Below are positions 16,354 to 25,396 of a stretch of DNA of 41,134 nt, piece by piece. A program made the position numbers and the translations under genes. The first letter of the stretch is position 1. Each line of letters starts with the position of its first letter. The notes beneath the pieces are model-generated. The model made no database searches. It saw nothing but the letters and a program-made list of their open reading frames with translations, and had not been told where the DNA came from. Origin of the DNA: a virus (lineage: Duplodnaviria > Caudoviricetes); IMG/VR virus record IMGVR_UViG_3300048851_000208, positions 1-41,134 of that record. One strand, 5' to 3'.

Positions 16354-18406
16354 CAGCCTTCAGGTAGTCCAGTTCCTGCCTGATCTCCGTCGCCGGCTTG
16401 CCACCGACTGCGTGCGTGTCCTTGGACGTGTTGTCGCCAGTGACGTCTGCGTTCGGGGCCGGGCGCGTGCCGCTCTCGTCGGTGATGTTCTCCCAATCGG
16501 TGACGACCGTGACGGGAGCGGTGCCGATGGTTGCCGAGACCCAAGGACCGTAGATCGCGTTCGACATGCGGAAGCGCGCACGGACCTCGATGTCGATGCC
16601 GGGCGCGTTGCTGGTGAACGTGAAGATGCCAGCCACGGGATCGTGAAGCGCGGCCTGCTCCGACCAACCCGACACACCCACGGGGCGGCTCTGAATATGG
16701 ATGCCGGAGACACGGCCGCTATCCTCGGGTGTCCACGAGACATGGACTTCGGAGACGTTGTAGTGGTTCGCGCCCTCGTAGCTCTCGCTCGTGAGGCTTA
16801 GGTTCTCCGGCTTCAGGACATCGTTGGGATTGTAGCCCTCGGGGCGGATGTTCGGCGGTAGCGGCTTCTCTTCTCGATCCCACGCATAGATGGCCGCGCT
16901 CTCTTCGCGCAGCGTCATCTGGTAGAACATGTCGTGCGTCTCGGTTTGATCCTCGACGCGGAACAGCTTCGCGTTCCAGCCCTCCTTGGGGATGGTCAGG
17001 GTGACGAGACTGCCGACCTGGGCAGCGAATGCGTTAGGGCCGAACGTCGCGCTGAACTTGCCCGGTGTCTTGTATTCGCGAAGCAGAAATTGCTTGGCGA
17101 TGCGTTGGCAGGTTTCGGCGCGTGAGACGCAGCCAAGATCGAGCGGCATCGTGCGGGGCACCATGTCGGCAAGCGCGGGCTGCTCGATTGGCTCGCCCCA
17201 ATCGCTTAGCTGGTAGAGGTTCGCGGGATCGGCAAAGCGACCGCGAACGATGTTGAAACGCTCGCGCGATGGTGGAGCCGGCGACCACACGTAGGGGCTG
17301 GCGCTGCCGGGAGCGCCGACAAGATCATCGGCGGTCAGTGCGACCTTGGGGCCGGCCGTGTCGTCGTAGCCACCCACAAGTGTGTATGCGCCGCCGACAT
17401 CGACCAGCTTGGTCGAACCCATCGCCGCCGTGATGGCGTTGATTACGGTGTCGTGGCCGTCTGCGGTGCTGAAGATGCCGTCGCACGTGTAACGCTGGAC
17501 GGTATAGCCAGCCTGCGTGGCAACACGCTCTTCGCAGACGTTGGCGAAGGTGCGGAAGCTATCGAGGTCGATGTTGGTGAGCGGAACGCCCATGCCCCAG
17601 ACCAGCTTGCCGTTGATGCGCCAGCCAATGAGGTAAGCGAGCAGGGCGAGGGCCGGATTGCGGCCAATTTCGACGCCGCCGTTGCGCCATCCCCAGGTGT
17701 TTTGATCGGTTGGGCGGTGATTGCCCTGACCGCCGTTGGTGCTGTCGAGACGAGGATCGTAGAGGGGGCAACCCTCCACGATCGTGCGCGTCGCGGACGG
17801 CATGCCGTTCGGCCAAGCGTCGTTGCTCAGCTTCCACGTAAGCGCGATGTAGGCGCAGCCGGTGAAGCTGGCCGTGTTGCGCCAGTAGGTGCCGGAGCCA
17901 GCGGCAAAGCCGTTGCCAGGGCGACCTTCCGTGACCGCGCGAACGCTCTCGAAGCCGTCCTGGTGGCTGATTAGGCCATTGCCGGTCGAGACAAGATCGT
18001 TCTCGACATAGAAGCCCTGAACCGCATTGATCTTGTGCGAAGCGAGCGCGACGACCTGAGCGTAACGGTCCTTCTTCTTGCCGTAGGTTTCGAAGAACCT
18101 GACATCGTTGCCGGCGGCGGTCAGACCGAAGACGATCTTACGCGGGGCAGTCGGATTGACGCTGCCCTGGAGCCTGTCCGCCATTGAGTTGGACATGCTG
18201 GGCGTCTTGCGAAACGGGGTCAGGGCGGCGCTTAGCGCCGTGGTGATCGCCGCACCGATGAGCCAGCTCGTAACGGCGGCAGCCGATACGGTAGCGATGC
18301 CCAGGGAGCCAATGACACTGGCGAGTGCCCCGCCGATCGCGGGGGCGAAGACGACGACCGCAACCGCAATCGCGACGATCGCGACGACCTTGAGGACCTT
18401 CGACAT
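16166..18406 (-). CDS. Central tail tip/hub protein (gpJ-like), N-terminal part
   Basis: PRKIVFG, G.PLYDPR and NPALALLAYL motifs; position after the NlpC/P60 gene. Plausible sequence ends at DTTAPGVPTGL...TSG. Confidence 0.85.
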   Translation of the reverse strand: MSKVLKVVAIVAIAVAVVVFAPAIGGALASVIGSLGIATVSAAAVTSWLIGAAITTALSAALTPFRKTPSMSNSMADRLQGSVNPTAPRKIVFGLTAAGNDVRFFETYGKKKDRYAQVVALASHKINAVQGFYVENDLVSTGNGLISHQDGFESVRAVTEGRPGNGFAAGSGTYWRNTASFTGCAYIALTWKLSNDAWPNGMPSATRTIVEGCPLYDPRLDSTNGGQGNHRPTDQNTWGWRNGGVEIGRNPALALLAYLIGWRINGKLVWGMGVPLTNIDLDSFRTFANVCEERVATQAGYTVQRYTCDGIFSTADGHDTVINAITAAMGSTKLVDVGGAYTLVGGYDDTAGPKVALTADDLVGAPGSASPYVWSPAPPSRERFNIVRGRFADPANLYQLSDWGEPIEQPALADMVPRTMPLDLGCVSRAETCQRIAKQFLLREYKTPGKFSATFGPNAFAAQVGSLVTLTIPKEGWNAKLFRVEDQTETHDMFYQMTLREESAAIYAWDREEKPLPPNIRPEGYNPNDVLKPENLSLTSESYEGANHYNVSEVHVSWTPEDSGRVSGIHIQSRPVGVSGWSEQAALHDPVAGIFTFTSNAPGIDIEVRARFRMSNAIYGPWVSATIGTAPVTVVTDWENITDESGTRPAPNADVTGDNTSKDTHAVGGKPATEIRQELDYLKAGGLLDTTAPGVPTGLVLTSSLTSGIAKSDVGAAHRERSGRLHHLRAPGHRSVHRILHDHQHL

Positions 18407-18867
18407 CAGCGGCCCTCCGCGTTGGAGGTCGCTTCAAAGAGCACAGTGAATGCGCGCGAGCAGTCGGCAGTCGGGATGGCGACTAGGCCGTGCTGACCAT
18501 GCTCTTCGCCGACGAAGTAGGAGTAAGCGCCGACGCAGATGCCCAGCGTCGTGCGGTCGCGCATGACGACATCGCCGCGCTTGGCCTGGCTGACGTGCTT
18601 GGAAGGGCCGAACCAGGCCGAGACCGTCTTGAGCAGCGTGCCGGCGCCATGTTCGCGCAGCGCGGCAGCGGAACCCTCGCGCGTGTCATACTGGTCGCGG
18701 AAGGCTGCGGCCGGGTCGATACCCGACATGGCCCTGACTGCGCCAGCGGCAAACAAGGCGCAATCGTGAGAACCCCAAGCAAAGGGTTCTTCCGACACGC
18801 GATCGAGGTAAGTTGAGAGGCGGTCTTCCCAATCGGGAGCGCGGATGATTTGGGATGGAAGGTCCAT
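18406..18867 (-). CDS. NlpC/P60-like tail assembly protein (DUF6950/gpK-like)
   Basis: PFAWGSHDCALF and AKRGDVV motifs. Confidence 0.88.
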   Translation of the reverse strand: MDLPSQIIRAPDWEDRLSTYLDRVSEEPFAWGSHDCALFAAGAVRAMSGIDPAAAFRDQYDTREGSAAALREHGAGTLLKTVSAWFGPSKHVSQAKRGDVVMRDRTTLGICVGAYSYFVGEEHGQHGLVAIPTADCSRAFTVLFEATSNAEGR

Positions 18868-18871
18868 CCAA

Positions 18872-18879
18872 TACTTAGC
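18872..18879 (-). promoter_or_regulatory. Phage promoter motif GCTAAGTA
   Basis: 4 nt before ATG 18867. Confidence 0.75.
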
Positions 18880-18891
18880 TGAATTGGCGAG

Positions 18892-19575
18892 TTACTGGTC
18901 GAAGTTCCAGTTCTTGTTCTGGTTCGCCAGAATGGCGTCGTAAGCGCCACCCCAGAAGCCACCCACGGGACCACCACGCGACGGGGCCGGGGAACCGTTG
19001 GCACAGGCCAGCACGTAGTCCTGGCTGGTATCGGCGGGATCCAATGCGCTCTGGCTCTGGTAGGTCTGCCCGGTGGCTGCGCTAATCAGGCCTGCGTGCC
19101 CCTCGATGCCGAGCGTGAACTTCTGGACGCTGCCGTCATTCGACACTTCAAGGGTGTCCATGCGACCGGTGCGAATGCGTCGAAACGCCCACGTGGCAGG
19201 TGCGCCCGGCGTCGGGCTGGTGATCATGATCGCGCGCCAGAGGGTTGCGGGGCGGGCCTGATACTCGTCGGGGTCCACCATGGCCGCGCTGACTGCGACG
19301 CTGGGATCGCCAGGAAGGCCGAGCGTGACTTTCAGGCTGTCGCTGCCTGCCATGCTCATGTTGTTTTCGCCGATATCCAGGACGACGCCATGAACCAGCG
19401 GGTCGAAGGTCATGTTGTTGAGCAGGCTGTCTGCGCTGCCCGTTACGGTGAGGCTATCTGCGCCTGTCCAGATGCCGATTGTCTCGTTCTTGAAATCCAA
19501 GCGACCAAGGATTGCGGTCGTGATGCCCTTGGCGGCGAGCGCCGCTAGCACCTCGGCGTTCGTGCCGACGCGCAT
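18892..19575 (-). CDS. Minor tail protein (gpL-like position)
   Basis: Synteny between distal tail and NlpC/P60 genes; WTG, GRMD and Q....P.D motifs. Confidence 0.75.
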   Translation of the reverse strand: MRVGTNAEVLAALAAKGITTAILGRLDFKNETIGIWTGADSLTVTGSADSLLNNMTFDPLVHGVVLDIGENNMSMAGSDSLKVTLGLPGDPSVAVSAAMVDPDEYQARPATLWRAIMITSPTPGAPATWAFRRIRTGRMDTLEVSNDGSVQKFTLGIEGHAGLISAATGQTYQSQSALDPADTSQDYVLACANGSPAPSRGGPVGGFWGGAYDAILANQNKNWNFDQ

Positions 19576-20177
19576 TACAGAGCCTCCTTTGCCTGGATGG
19601 TCGGGAAGCTGGGCCGGCGGTCGATATCGAGGGAGTAGCCGTAGCTATCTGCGCTGATGAGACGGAACGTGCCCCTGGGATTGGCGAACTCAATCGCGGT
19701 GCCCGCTGCCTGCGTCTTGCGAACCTGCGGCGTGACTTCCACGAGGCAGCGGCCGTTCGCGTCGGCATAGGCCGGCGCAGACGTGATGCGATGGAGGCGT
19801 TCACCGATTTGGCAATACTGCCCCAGATTTAGCCCTGAGACGGCGCCTGCGGCCCATCCGCCCATGTTGACGGTATTGGCGTAGCTGAACGCCGCTTGGG
19901 CAACTGTGCGCCCTGCGAGGGCAGATTTGAAGCTGTTGCGGGGCGTGTATGTGAAAGAGCCAAGCTGACCGCGAAGGCTGTCGATCCAAGCCTGGATGCG
20001 ATCGGCGTCCGCATGGCTCATGCGCGGCCAATCGAATTCCAGAACCCAATGGTCGGCGTTGCTGACCGTCTGCTGCGCGAAGGTGTGCGGGCTTTCCATC
20101 GCAGCTTGCTTGTGCTGGATGGTTAGCTTCTCTTGTGCCGGTGCTTTCGCCGGAAATGCGATGGGATAAGTGGCCAT
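19575..20177 (-). CDS. Distal tail protein (Dit-like)
   Basis: First tail gene after the tape measure; SP.T..QQ....W and W.DSLRG motifs. Confidence 0.75.
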   Translation of the reverse strand: MATYPIAFPAKAPAQEKLTIQHKQAAMESPHTFAQQTVSNADHWVLEFDWPRMSHADADRIQAWIDSLRGQLGSFTYTPRNSFKSALAGRTVAQAAFSYANTVNMGGWAAGAVSGLNLGQYCQIGERLHRITSAPAYADANGRCLVEVTPQVRKTQAAGTAIEFANPRGTFRLISADSYGYSLDIDRRPSFPTIQAKEAL

Positions 20178-20181
20178 CGCA

Positions 20182-20189
20182 TACTTAGC
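20182..20189 (-). promoter_or_regulatory. Phage promoter motif GCTAAGTA
   Basis: 4 nt before ATG 20177. Confidence 0.75.
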
Positions 20190-20200
20190 ACAATCACGAA

Positions 20201-20236
20201 AAAGCGGACATTCCGCTTACGCCCACTTCTGACATC
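20201..20236 (+). repeat. Cassette-junction repeat (right half)
   Basis: AAAGCGGAC followed by ATTCCGCTTA-CGCCCA-CTTCTGACATC. Confidence 0.8.
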
Positions 20237-20510
20237 AGAGAGGGCTTTGGTTCACCGAACTGTCCTTGAGCGTATGACCCTTGCCGATCTTCTTCGGATA
20301 GCCGATCAGCATGAGGATGCAGACGCCGATCCCGATAGCTATGAACCTCGGGATTGCCTTTGCGGGCTTGTCGGTCACGTAATTCCACGAAAGCAGCGCC
20401 ATCAGGGCACCGAAGCAGAGTATGATGCTTCCAGCGATTATCTTCGCCGATTTGGGATGGGCATCAGCCCATTTCGCCCATCGATAACCTATCCGTTCCG
20501 CATCGCTCAT
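20235..20510 (-). CDS. Small two-helix membrane protein (cassette gene)
   Basis: 91 aa, two hydrophobic helices; stop codon overlaps the end of the repeat. Confidence 0.7.
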   Translation of the reverse strand: MSDAERIGYRWAKWADAHPKSAKIIAGSIILCFGALMALLSWNYVTDKPAKAIPRFIAIGIGVCILMLIGYPKKIGKGHTLKDSSVNQSPL

Positions 20511-20564
20511 TCCGCGATTGTAGCAGCGGAAGGTTAATATCGTGGAGTATCTGCGGATGCCTCA

Positions 20565-20688
20565 ATGTCCGCTTCCCACCCATTCCAGTCATCAGGGGTG
20601 GTTGAGGCGCTTCCCGAAAGCGGAACGGCAGCTATTACCGCGCCGGTGCCCGAAGGCGGAGTTTCCGCTTACGCCCACTTGCGGACGA
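20565..20688 (+). repeat. Composite cassette-junction repeat (long form, near-identical to 458-581)
   Basis: ATGTCCGCTTC-CCACCC-ATTCCAGTCAT ... GTTTCCGCTTA-CGCCCA-CTTGCGGACGA. Confidence 0.9.
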
Positions 20689-20713
20689 CGGCGGTAGCCG
20701 CCACGATCCTCCA

Positions 20714-20965
20714 ATGCTGGACGAGCTTCGCCTTGCGGATTGGTACTGGTTTGTCCTTGCCGTCTGGTGCGTGTTGTTCCTGTCGCTGACCGGCATCCTT
20801 AGCGTAGGGCTCCGGGTGAACCCCTTTCCGTTGCTCTGGACGCTGCTGAGCGGGTGGCCGCAAAACGACTACTTTTCCGCAATCTTTCGCCCCCTCCGCT
20901 GCCTTGCTCCACTGCCGGTTATCTTGCTGCCCTTAGCGGTGCGGCGAAGCAGCGATGTCCGTTAA
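20714..20965 (+). CDS. Small membrane protein (cassette gene)
   Basis: 83 aa, hydrophobic. TAA stop is the last 3 nt of the left arm at 20955-20965, the same register as ORF 1-468. Confidence 0.65.
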   Translation: MLDELRLADWYWFVLAVWCVLFLSLTGILSVGLRVNPFPLLWTLLSGWPQNDYFSAIFRPLRCLAPLPVILLPLAVRRSSDVR

Positions 20966-21042
20966 CCACGACTTGCGGCCGTTCTTGGCCGTCTAAGCGG
21001 CTCCCAAAAGCGGACAGGCTGAAAACGCCCATCATCGGCCTC
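20955..21042 (+). repeat. Composite cassette-junction repeat
   Basis: ATGTCCGTTAA-CCACGA-CTTGCGGCCGT, 24-nt linker, AAAGCGGAC, AGGCTGAAAA-CGCCCA-TCATCGGCCTC. Confidence 0.8.
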
Positions 21043-21114
21043 GGCCGCACCGGCATATACGCGATTTTAGGGCTTGGCAGCGATCAGCAGATTGGATGCC
21101 CTCGATAGGAATAG

Positions 21115-21408
21115 ATGATGCGGCTTCGTAACCGCCCTTGGAAACTACTGCTCTTAACGGCTTTCGCGACGGTTCTTCTGGTTGTTGGCGGTGTTGATAT
21201 TCTCGATGGCGTGGTAGTTCTTCGAAGATATGGTCAGATTAGCAGCCACACCAATTCCGGCATGTTTGCTCTCTATGTGGCTGGATACTGTCTTATGTGC
21301 GTGCTGGTTGGGGTATGCTGGATCATACTAAAGAGTGAGTGGTCACTCGACTATCGTTCGCCGTTGAAACCCCGCTTCCATGATCCAGAGCGAACCCGCC
21401 GCTTCTGA
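21115..21408 (+). CDS. Small two-helix membrane protein (cassette gene)
   Basis: 97 aa, two hydrophobic helices, SD AGGA, visibly lower GC than the flanks. Confidence 0.7.
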   Translation: MMRLRNRPWKLLLLTAFATVLLVVGGVDILDGVVVLRRYGQISSHTNSGMFALYVAGYCLMCVLVGVCWIILKSEWSLDYRSPLKPRFHDPERTRRF

Positions 21409-21417
21409 TCGAATACG

Positions 21418-21479
21418 ACGTCCGCTTTCCTCCCAATCTCGGTCGTAGGTGATAGATCAAGCCGATTCCTGAAGCGGAC
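21418..21479 (+). repeat. Cassette-junction repeat (left part)
   Basis: ACGTCCGCTTT-CCTCCC-AATCTCGGTCG, 25-nt linker, GAAGCGGAC; ends 6 nt before the tape-measure stop codon. Confidence 0.8.
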
Positions 21480-21485
21480 GCCCAT

Positions 21486-24068
21486 TCACATGCGTGGGCG
21501 GCGCAACTCCGCGATGGTGGCGTTCTTCGCGTTCGTGGTGAGCATTGGTGCCATCTCGGCAATTGCCTGAATGGCCATCGCCTTCACAGCGGCCGGATCG
21601 TTGCTGGTGATCGAACCAAAGGTGACGTTTACGCCGCCGACGCTGGAACCCCGAACGTCTTCCAGCTTGTGATTTGGCGTCACGTGGAATGGCGCGTTCA
21701 TTTCCACAACTTCGGGTCCATGCTCGCCAACTAGGTAGCGGCCACGATTGCCGCGACCGCCATTGGCCTTGCCGGTAAGCCCGCCGCTCGCAGCCTTGCT
21801 GATGCCGCCAATGATGCCGCCCAACAGGCCACCGCCACCGCTGTCACCGCCGAATAGCACGCTTCCTAGCGGCTTGATGAGGAGTTGCTGAAGGGCGATG
21901 TCGAGAAGGCCGTCGATAACGGTATCGGCCATGTTCGAGAACGCATCGCCCAGACTGCCGACGCCCTTAATCGCGTCCATCAATCCGCCCTTCAGACCCT
22001 CCAATCCGCGAACCTGAACATCCTCAAGCGCCTCGTTGATTTCGTCTCCGGTGCGGGGGATGCTGTCGAGGTATGCGCCCAGCGGACCCTTGGTCTGCTC
22101 GTCAATCTGCTGCCCCTGGCGCTCTGCCAGCTTGGGAATGAGGGCGAGACGTGCGCGGGCAATCTGCTTCTCGGCTTCCGTGCTGGCGCGGGAGGCGATG
22201 ATCGCCTCAAGGGCCAGCTTCTCTTGCTGGACACGCAGATCAAGCAGGCGGTGTTCGGCGGCGCGGCGATCCTTGGCAGTGCGCGCCATGTTGACGTCCA
22301 GCTGCGCGATCTCGACAGCGTTATCTAAACTGGCACCAACCAGCTTCAATCGCTCTTCGGTCTTGAACGCCTCTTCCTCTAGCGTGATCGCCTGACCACG
22401 ATTGAGCGTGATGCGCTCTTCAATCGCCTTGAGTTCTGCGACCTGCGCGGCGCTGTAACGCTTGCTACCCTCAGGACCGTCTTTGTCGATTTGATCGAGG
22501 CGGCTCTTGCGCTCAACATCGAGTTTCTGGCGTTCGAAGTTGAAGCGCTCCGATGCTACGGATGCCAGATCGGCCTTGCTGTCCAGTTCCTCACGGGCAC
22601 TGCGGTTCAGGTCAGCGACGAACGCTTCCTTGTTGCGGCGCTCCGTCTCTGCCGCGCGTTCCGCTTCACGAGCAGCCTTATCGGCGGCACGCTGCGCCTT
22701 GTTGCGAGCCGTCTCCGCTGCCTTGTCGGCCTTCTCGTCCTTGGGTTTGGGAGGTGTCTTGCCGGTGCCGTGGACGACATTGCGACCGGCTTTGATGTCG
22801 GCATAGACCTTCTTGGAAACGTCCTGAAGTTGCTTGTCGCTTAGACCCTTTCCATCGAACTTCTTATAGTCGTTACCGCCGTTGATGCGGATCGTGCGAA
22901 CAAGGCGATTACGAGCGGATTCGACGCGCGACTTCTGGTAGCCGCGATCGAAGTCGTCGCCCATGTCCCAGTTTTCATCCTTGAGCGGCTTATTGCCGCC
23001 CGTGATGAAGTTCTCCGCACGAGTGCCCAGATTATCGGCCCAGGCGTATGCGTTGTGGGCCTTGTCGATGAAGCGCAGTAGGTTGCCGATGGTCTCGCGA
23101 GTGTATTCCGCATCCTTACGGATCGCAGCCATGACGTTGCTGGAGTTCTCGCCCATGGGGTCGAACACGTTGTCCAATCCCATGAACACGGCACGGATAT
23201 CGACGCCGGCTTCCTCCGCGACCTGAGTGATGAGGTCGATTGCGTCAGTGCCTTCGCCCATCGCCTCAACGATGCCCTCGCTGATGCCTGCGCCGCGGTC
23301 GAACGCTCCAATTAGGTCGTTCAACGCATTCTCCATGAGCGTCTTGGAGTCCTCCCAGGTCTTGGGCAGTTCCTTGAACTCCGCGTCGATCTGCGCGGTC
23401 ATCTTCGTGTTGGTCAGCGCGTCGTAGAGCATCTTGGAGGTCAGCTTGCCGTCCTCGGCCATCTTCTTGAGTTCGCCGCGCGTGACGCCCAGGCTCTCGG
23501 TGAAGAGGCGAGCGAGGCGCGGTGACGCCTCCATGATCTGGCCCAGCTCTTCCCACTGGACGTTCGTGCCGGAGAGCGCCTGACCCATCTGGAGGGAAGC
23601 GGACATCTGCTCTTGCGTGCTGGCCTGACTGACCTTCATCGCCTTCGCAAAGGTCTCGGTGGCACGAGCGTTATCTAGCTGGCTGCGGCCGAGCTCCTTG
23701 GTCGTCGGCATGAACTTGGCATACAGGTCGTTGATGCTCTCGATTTCGCTTCGAGTTTCCTTCGCGATAGCGTTGGTATCGCGCATGGCTTGGCCCTGGT
23801 TGCCAAACTGCGCTGTTGCCAGCTTCATCTGGCTTTCCATCTTCTTGGAAGAGTCCGCGATTTCGAGGAACTTCGCCGCGCCGTCGATGGTCTTGTCCGC
23901 GACGAAAGCCGCTACGAAGCCCTTGACCGCCAGACTAGCGCGATCCATTCCCTTCTCGATTGCCTTGCTGGCGCGGTCGGTGGCTTTGGTTGCGCGCTCA
24001 AGTCCACTTAGGAACGAGGCGCTTTCCAGCGACATGCTGGCGTAGAGTGATCCAATTTGCTGGCCCAT
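21486..24068 (-). CDS. Tail tape measure protein
   Basis: 860 aa, Ala-rich helical; tape-measure N-domain (LQMGQAL...EEL..IME.SPRLA, GELKKMAEDGKLTS); C-terminal YLVGEHGPE. Confidence 0.95.
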   Translation of the reverse strand: MGQQIGSLYASMSLESASFLSGLERATKATDRASKAIEKGMDRASLAVKGFVAAFVADKTIDGAAKFLEIADSSKKMESQMKLATAQFGNQGQAMRDTNAIAKETRSEIESINDLYAKFMPTTKELGRSQLDNARATETFAKAMKVSQASTQEQMSASLQMGQALSGTNVQWEELGQIMEASPRLARLFTESLGVTRGELKKMAEDGKLTSKMLYDALTNTKMTAQIDAEFKELPKTWEDSKTLMENALNDLIGAFDRGAGISEGIVEAMGEGTDAIDLITQVAEEAGVDIRAVFMGLDNVFDPMGENSSNVMAAIRKDAEYTRETIGNLLRFIDKAHNAYAWADNLGTRAENFITGGNKPLKDENWDMGDDFDRGYQKSRVESARNRLVRTIRINGGNDYKKFDGKGLSDKQLQDVSKKVYADIKAGRNVVHGTGKTPPKPKDEKADKAAETARNKAQRAADKAAREAERAAETERRNKEAFVADLNRSAREELDSKADLASVASERFNFERQKLDVERKSRLDQIDKDGPEGSKRYSAAQVAELKAIEERITLNRGQAITLEEEAFKTEERLKLVGASLDNAVEIAQLDVNMARTAKDRRAAEHRLLDLRVQQEKLALEAIIASRASTEAEKQIARARLALIPKLAERQGQQIDEQTKGPLGAYLDSIPRTGDEINEALEDVQVRGLEGLKGGLMDAIKGVGSLGDAFSNMADTVIDGLLDIALQQLLIKPLGSVLFGGDSGGGGLLGGIIGGISKAASGGLTGKANGGRGNRGRYLVGEHGPEVVEMNAPFHVTPNHKLEDVRGSSVGGVNVTFGSITSNDPAAVKAMAIQAIAEMAPMLTTNAKNATIAELRRPRM

Positions 24069-24101
24069 GTAGGCGCCTCCCGCGCTCTTATCTTTGTCTT
24101 C

Positions 24102-24513
24102 TTACTTAGCGGGAGGTTGGCGCTTCTTGCCCTTGTCGCTGCGGACCTTGCGGGGCTTGTTGGTTGGTGCTGGCGCAGGTTCGGCCTTGACCGTCTTGCC
24201 GGCGAAGAAGTCGCGAATGCTGTTGTCCAACTCCTCTGGTGTTGGATCGGGCTTGATGTTGCTCTGGGGGTCGCGGTCGATGAAGCGCGGGATGGTCGCG
24301 TTTGGCTTCGAGTTGATCGCGTAGAGTAAGTGTAGGCTCAACTCGGCACGGTGATCATCGGCAGGACAGCCCCACGGCTCTAGGTCGTAGAAGGCCATCC
24401 ATGCGTTGAGTTCGTCGTTGCTGATATGCTCCAACTCGGCGAGGGTCTTTCCCAGACCCAGAGCCAAGCGGAACTGGAAGCGACGGTGAGGATCAGTCCT
24501 CAGTCTTTTTTTT
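24102..24513 (-). CDS. Tail assembly chaperone GT, C-terminal extension (reached by -1 frameshift)
   Basis: -1 frame after the A8 run reads KKRLRTDPHRRFQFRLALGLGKTLAEL...W.AFY.LEPWG. Confidence 0.85.
24103..24110 (-). promoter_or_regulatory. Phage promoter motif GCTAAGTA
   Basis: Overlaps the GT stop; upstream of the SD-led tape measure gene. Confidence 0.7.
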
Positions 24514-24925
24514 CGATTTCGACGGCCGCGCTTGGCGACTGATCGTATTGGTTGAGCGCGATCACTTCCTCGTAGATGCGCGTAACCGCGTTGTGCGCCC
24601 ACTCGTTGAACAGGGGCATGTCAGCCTCAACGAACATGGTGTTACCATCCTCGTCCACGAGGCTGTAAACGAGCGCGAGGATGCCGATATCGAGATCGGC
24701 CGGCTTCGCCACTCCCTTGCGCTGACCCGCAGGTAGTTCCTGATCGTCCTCATAGGCGAAGAGAGCCTGCCTATGCTGGCGGATGCGCTCAAGGTAGGCA
24801 GCACGGGTGTTCACGCTCATCTGCCTGACGCGCACCGTGGCGTCCGGTCCCATCTCTGGAACCGGAACGTCACGATGCGGCAGCTTAGCCGATAGCAGAG
24901 CGGTGCGGCTGAGTAGCGTGGCCAT
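24500..24925 (-). CDS. Tail assembly chaperone G
   Basis: Between tail tube and tape measure; V.VPE...VRVR.MS and SLVDEDG motifs; ends GAA AAA AAA GAC TGA. Confidence 0.9.
   Translation of the reverse strand: MATLLSRTALLSAKLPHRDVPVPEMGPDATVRVRQMSVNTRAAYLERIRQHRQALFAYEDDQELPAGQRKGVAKPADLDIGILALVYSLVDEDGNTMFVEADMPLFNEWAHNAVTRIYEEVIALNQYDQSPSAAVEIEKKD
24505..24514 (-). other. Programmed -1 ribosomal frameshift site (G AAA AAA AA G)
   Basis: Run of 8 A just before the G stop, with an open -1 frame; the established lambda G/GT arrangement. Confidence 0.85.
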
Positions 24926-25341
24926 TAGACAGCCGCGGTCTCAACAACTGCGCCAGTGATTTCGAGGTTGCTCGACGCCTTAACAACGTCGTCCTGCTGA
25001 ACGCCGCGATCGAAGGTCAGAACGTAAGCGGTGAACTCATACTTGGTGCCATCGCTGAGCGTGATGCGGAACTTGGTTGCTGCGCGGGTGCCGCGAGCGG
25101 CGCGCATGGCCACCTGACCAGCATCCTTGGGCAGATAGATGAAGTTACAGGACACCTGACCCTCGTCAGGAATGCCCATGGACTTCTCCTTCGCGACGCT
25201 GTCGAGGTCCGACGTGTCGATGACTGCTGCCGAACCCGAGCCGAGGCCGCTGAAGTCGGTGAAGCCCTTGACCTGAACGTAGGTCGAGGCAGTTGTGTTG
25301 ATTTCGAGCTTGGTGCCCGCGCTGTTAATTCCGGTGGCCAT
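24925..25341 (-). CDS. Major tail tube protein
   Basis: IDTSDLDS..KE...G.PD.G motif; strong SD AAGGAG; synteny. Confidence 0.92.
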   Translation of the reverse strand: MATGINSAGTKLEINTTASTYVQVKGFTDFSGLGSGSAAVIDTSDLDSVAKEKSMGIPDEGQVSCNFIYLPKDAGQVAMRAARGTRAATKFRITLSDGTKYEFTAYVLTFDRGVQQDDVVKASSNLEITGAVVETAAV

Positions 25342-25388
25342 TTTTGGCTTCTCCTTATTGGGCTAAGCCCAACAAGGGGCTTCGCCAT

Positions 25389-25396
25389 TACTTATT
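25389..25396 (-). promoter_or_regulatory. Phage promoter motif AATAAGTA
   Basis: Upstream of the SD-led tail tube gene, followed by a leader hairpin. Confidence 0.6.

Larger units (their letters stand above)
20201..21479. mobile_element. Three-gene cassette array inserted between tape measure and distal tail genes
   Basis: Three small membrane-protein genes separated by composite repeats; array starts and ends with AAGCGGAC (20202-20209, 21472-21479). Confidence 0.75.

Noticed and set aside
20565-20789. ORFs 20565-20789, 176-601, 914-1180 and the 5' extension 35134-35208
   Set aside because: They are translations of the non-coding repeats (MSASHP..., KSAFLP..., PKSDLP...).
20201-21479. CRISPR array
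   Set aside because: Repeats are degenerate and separated by whole genes; no cas genes.
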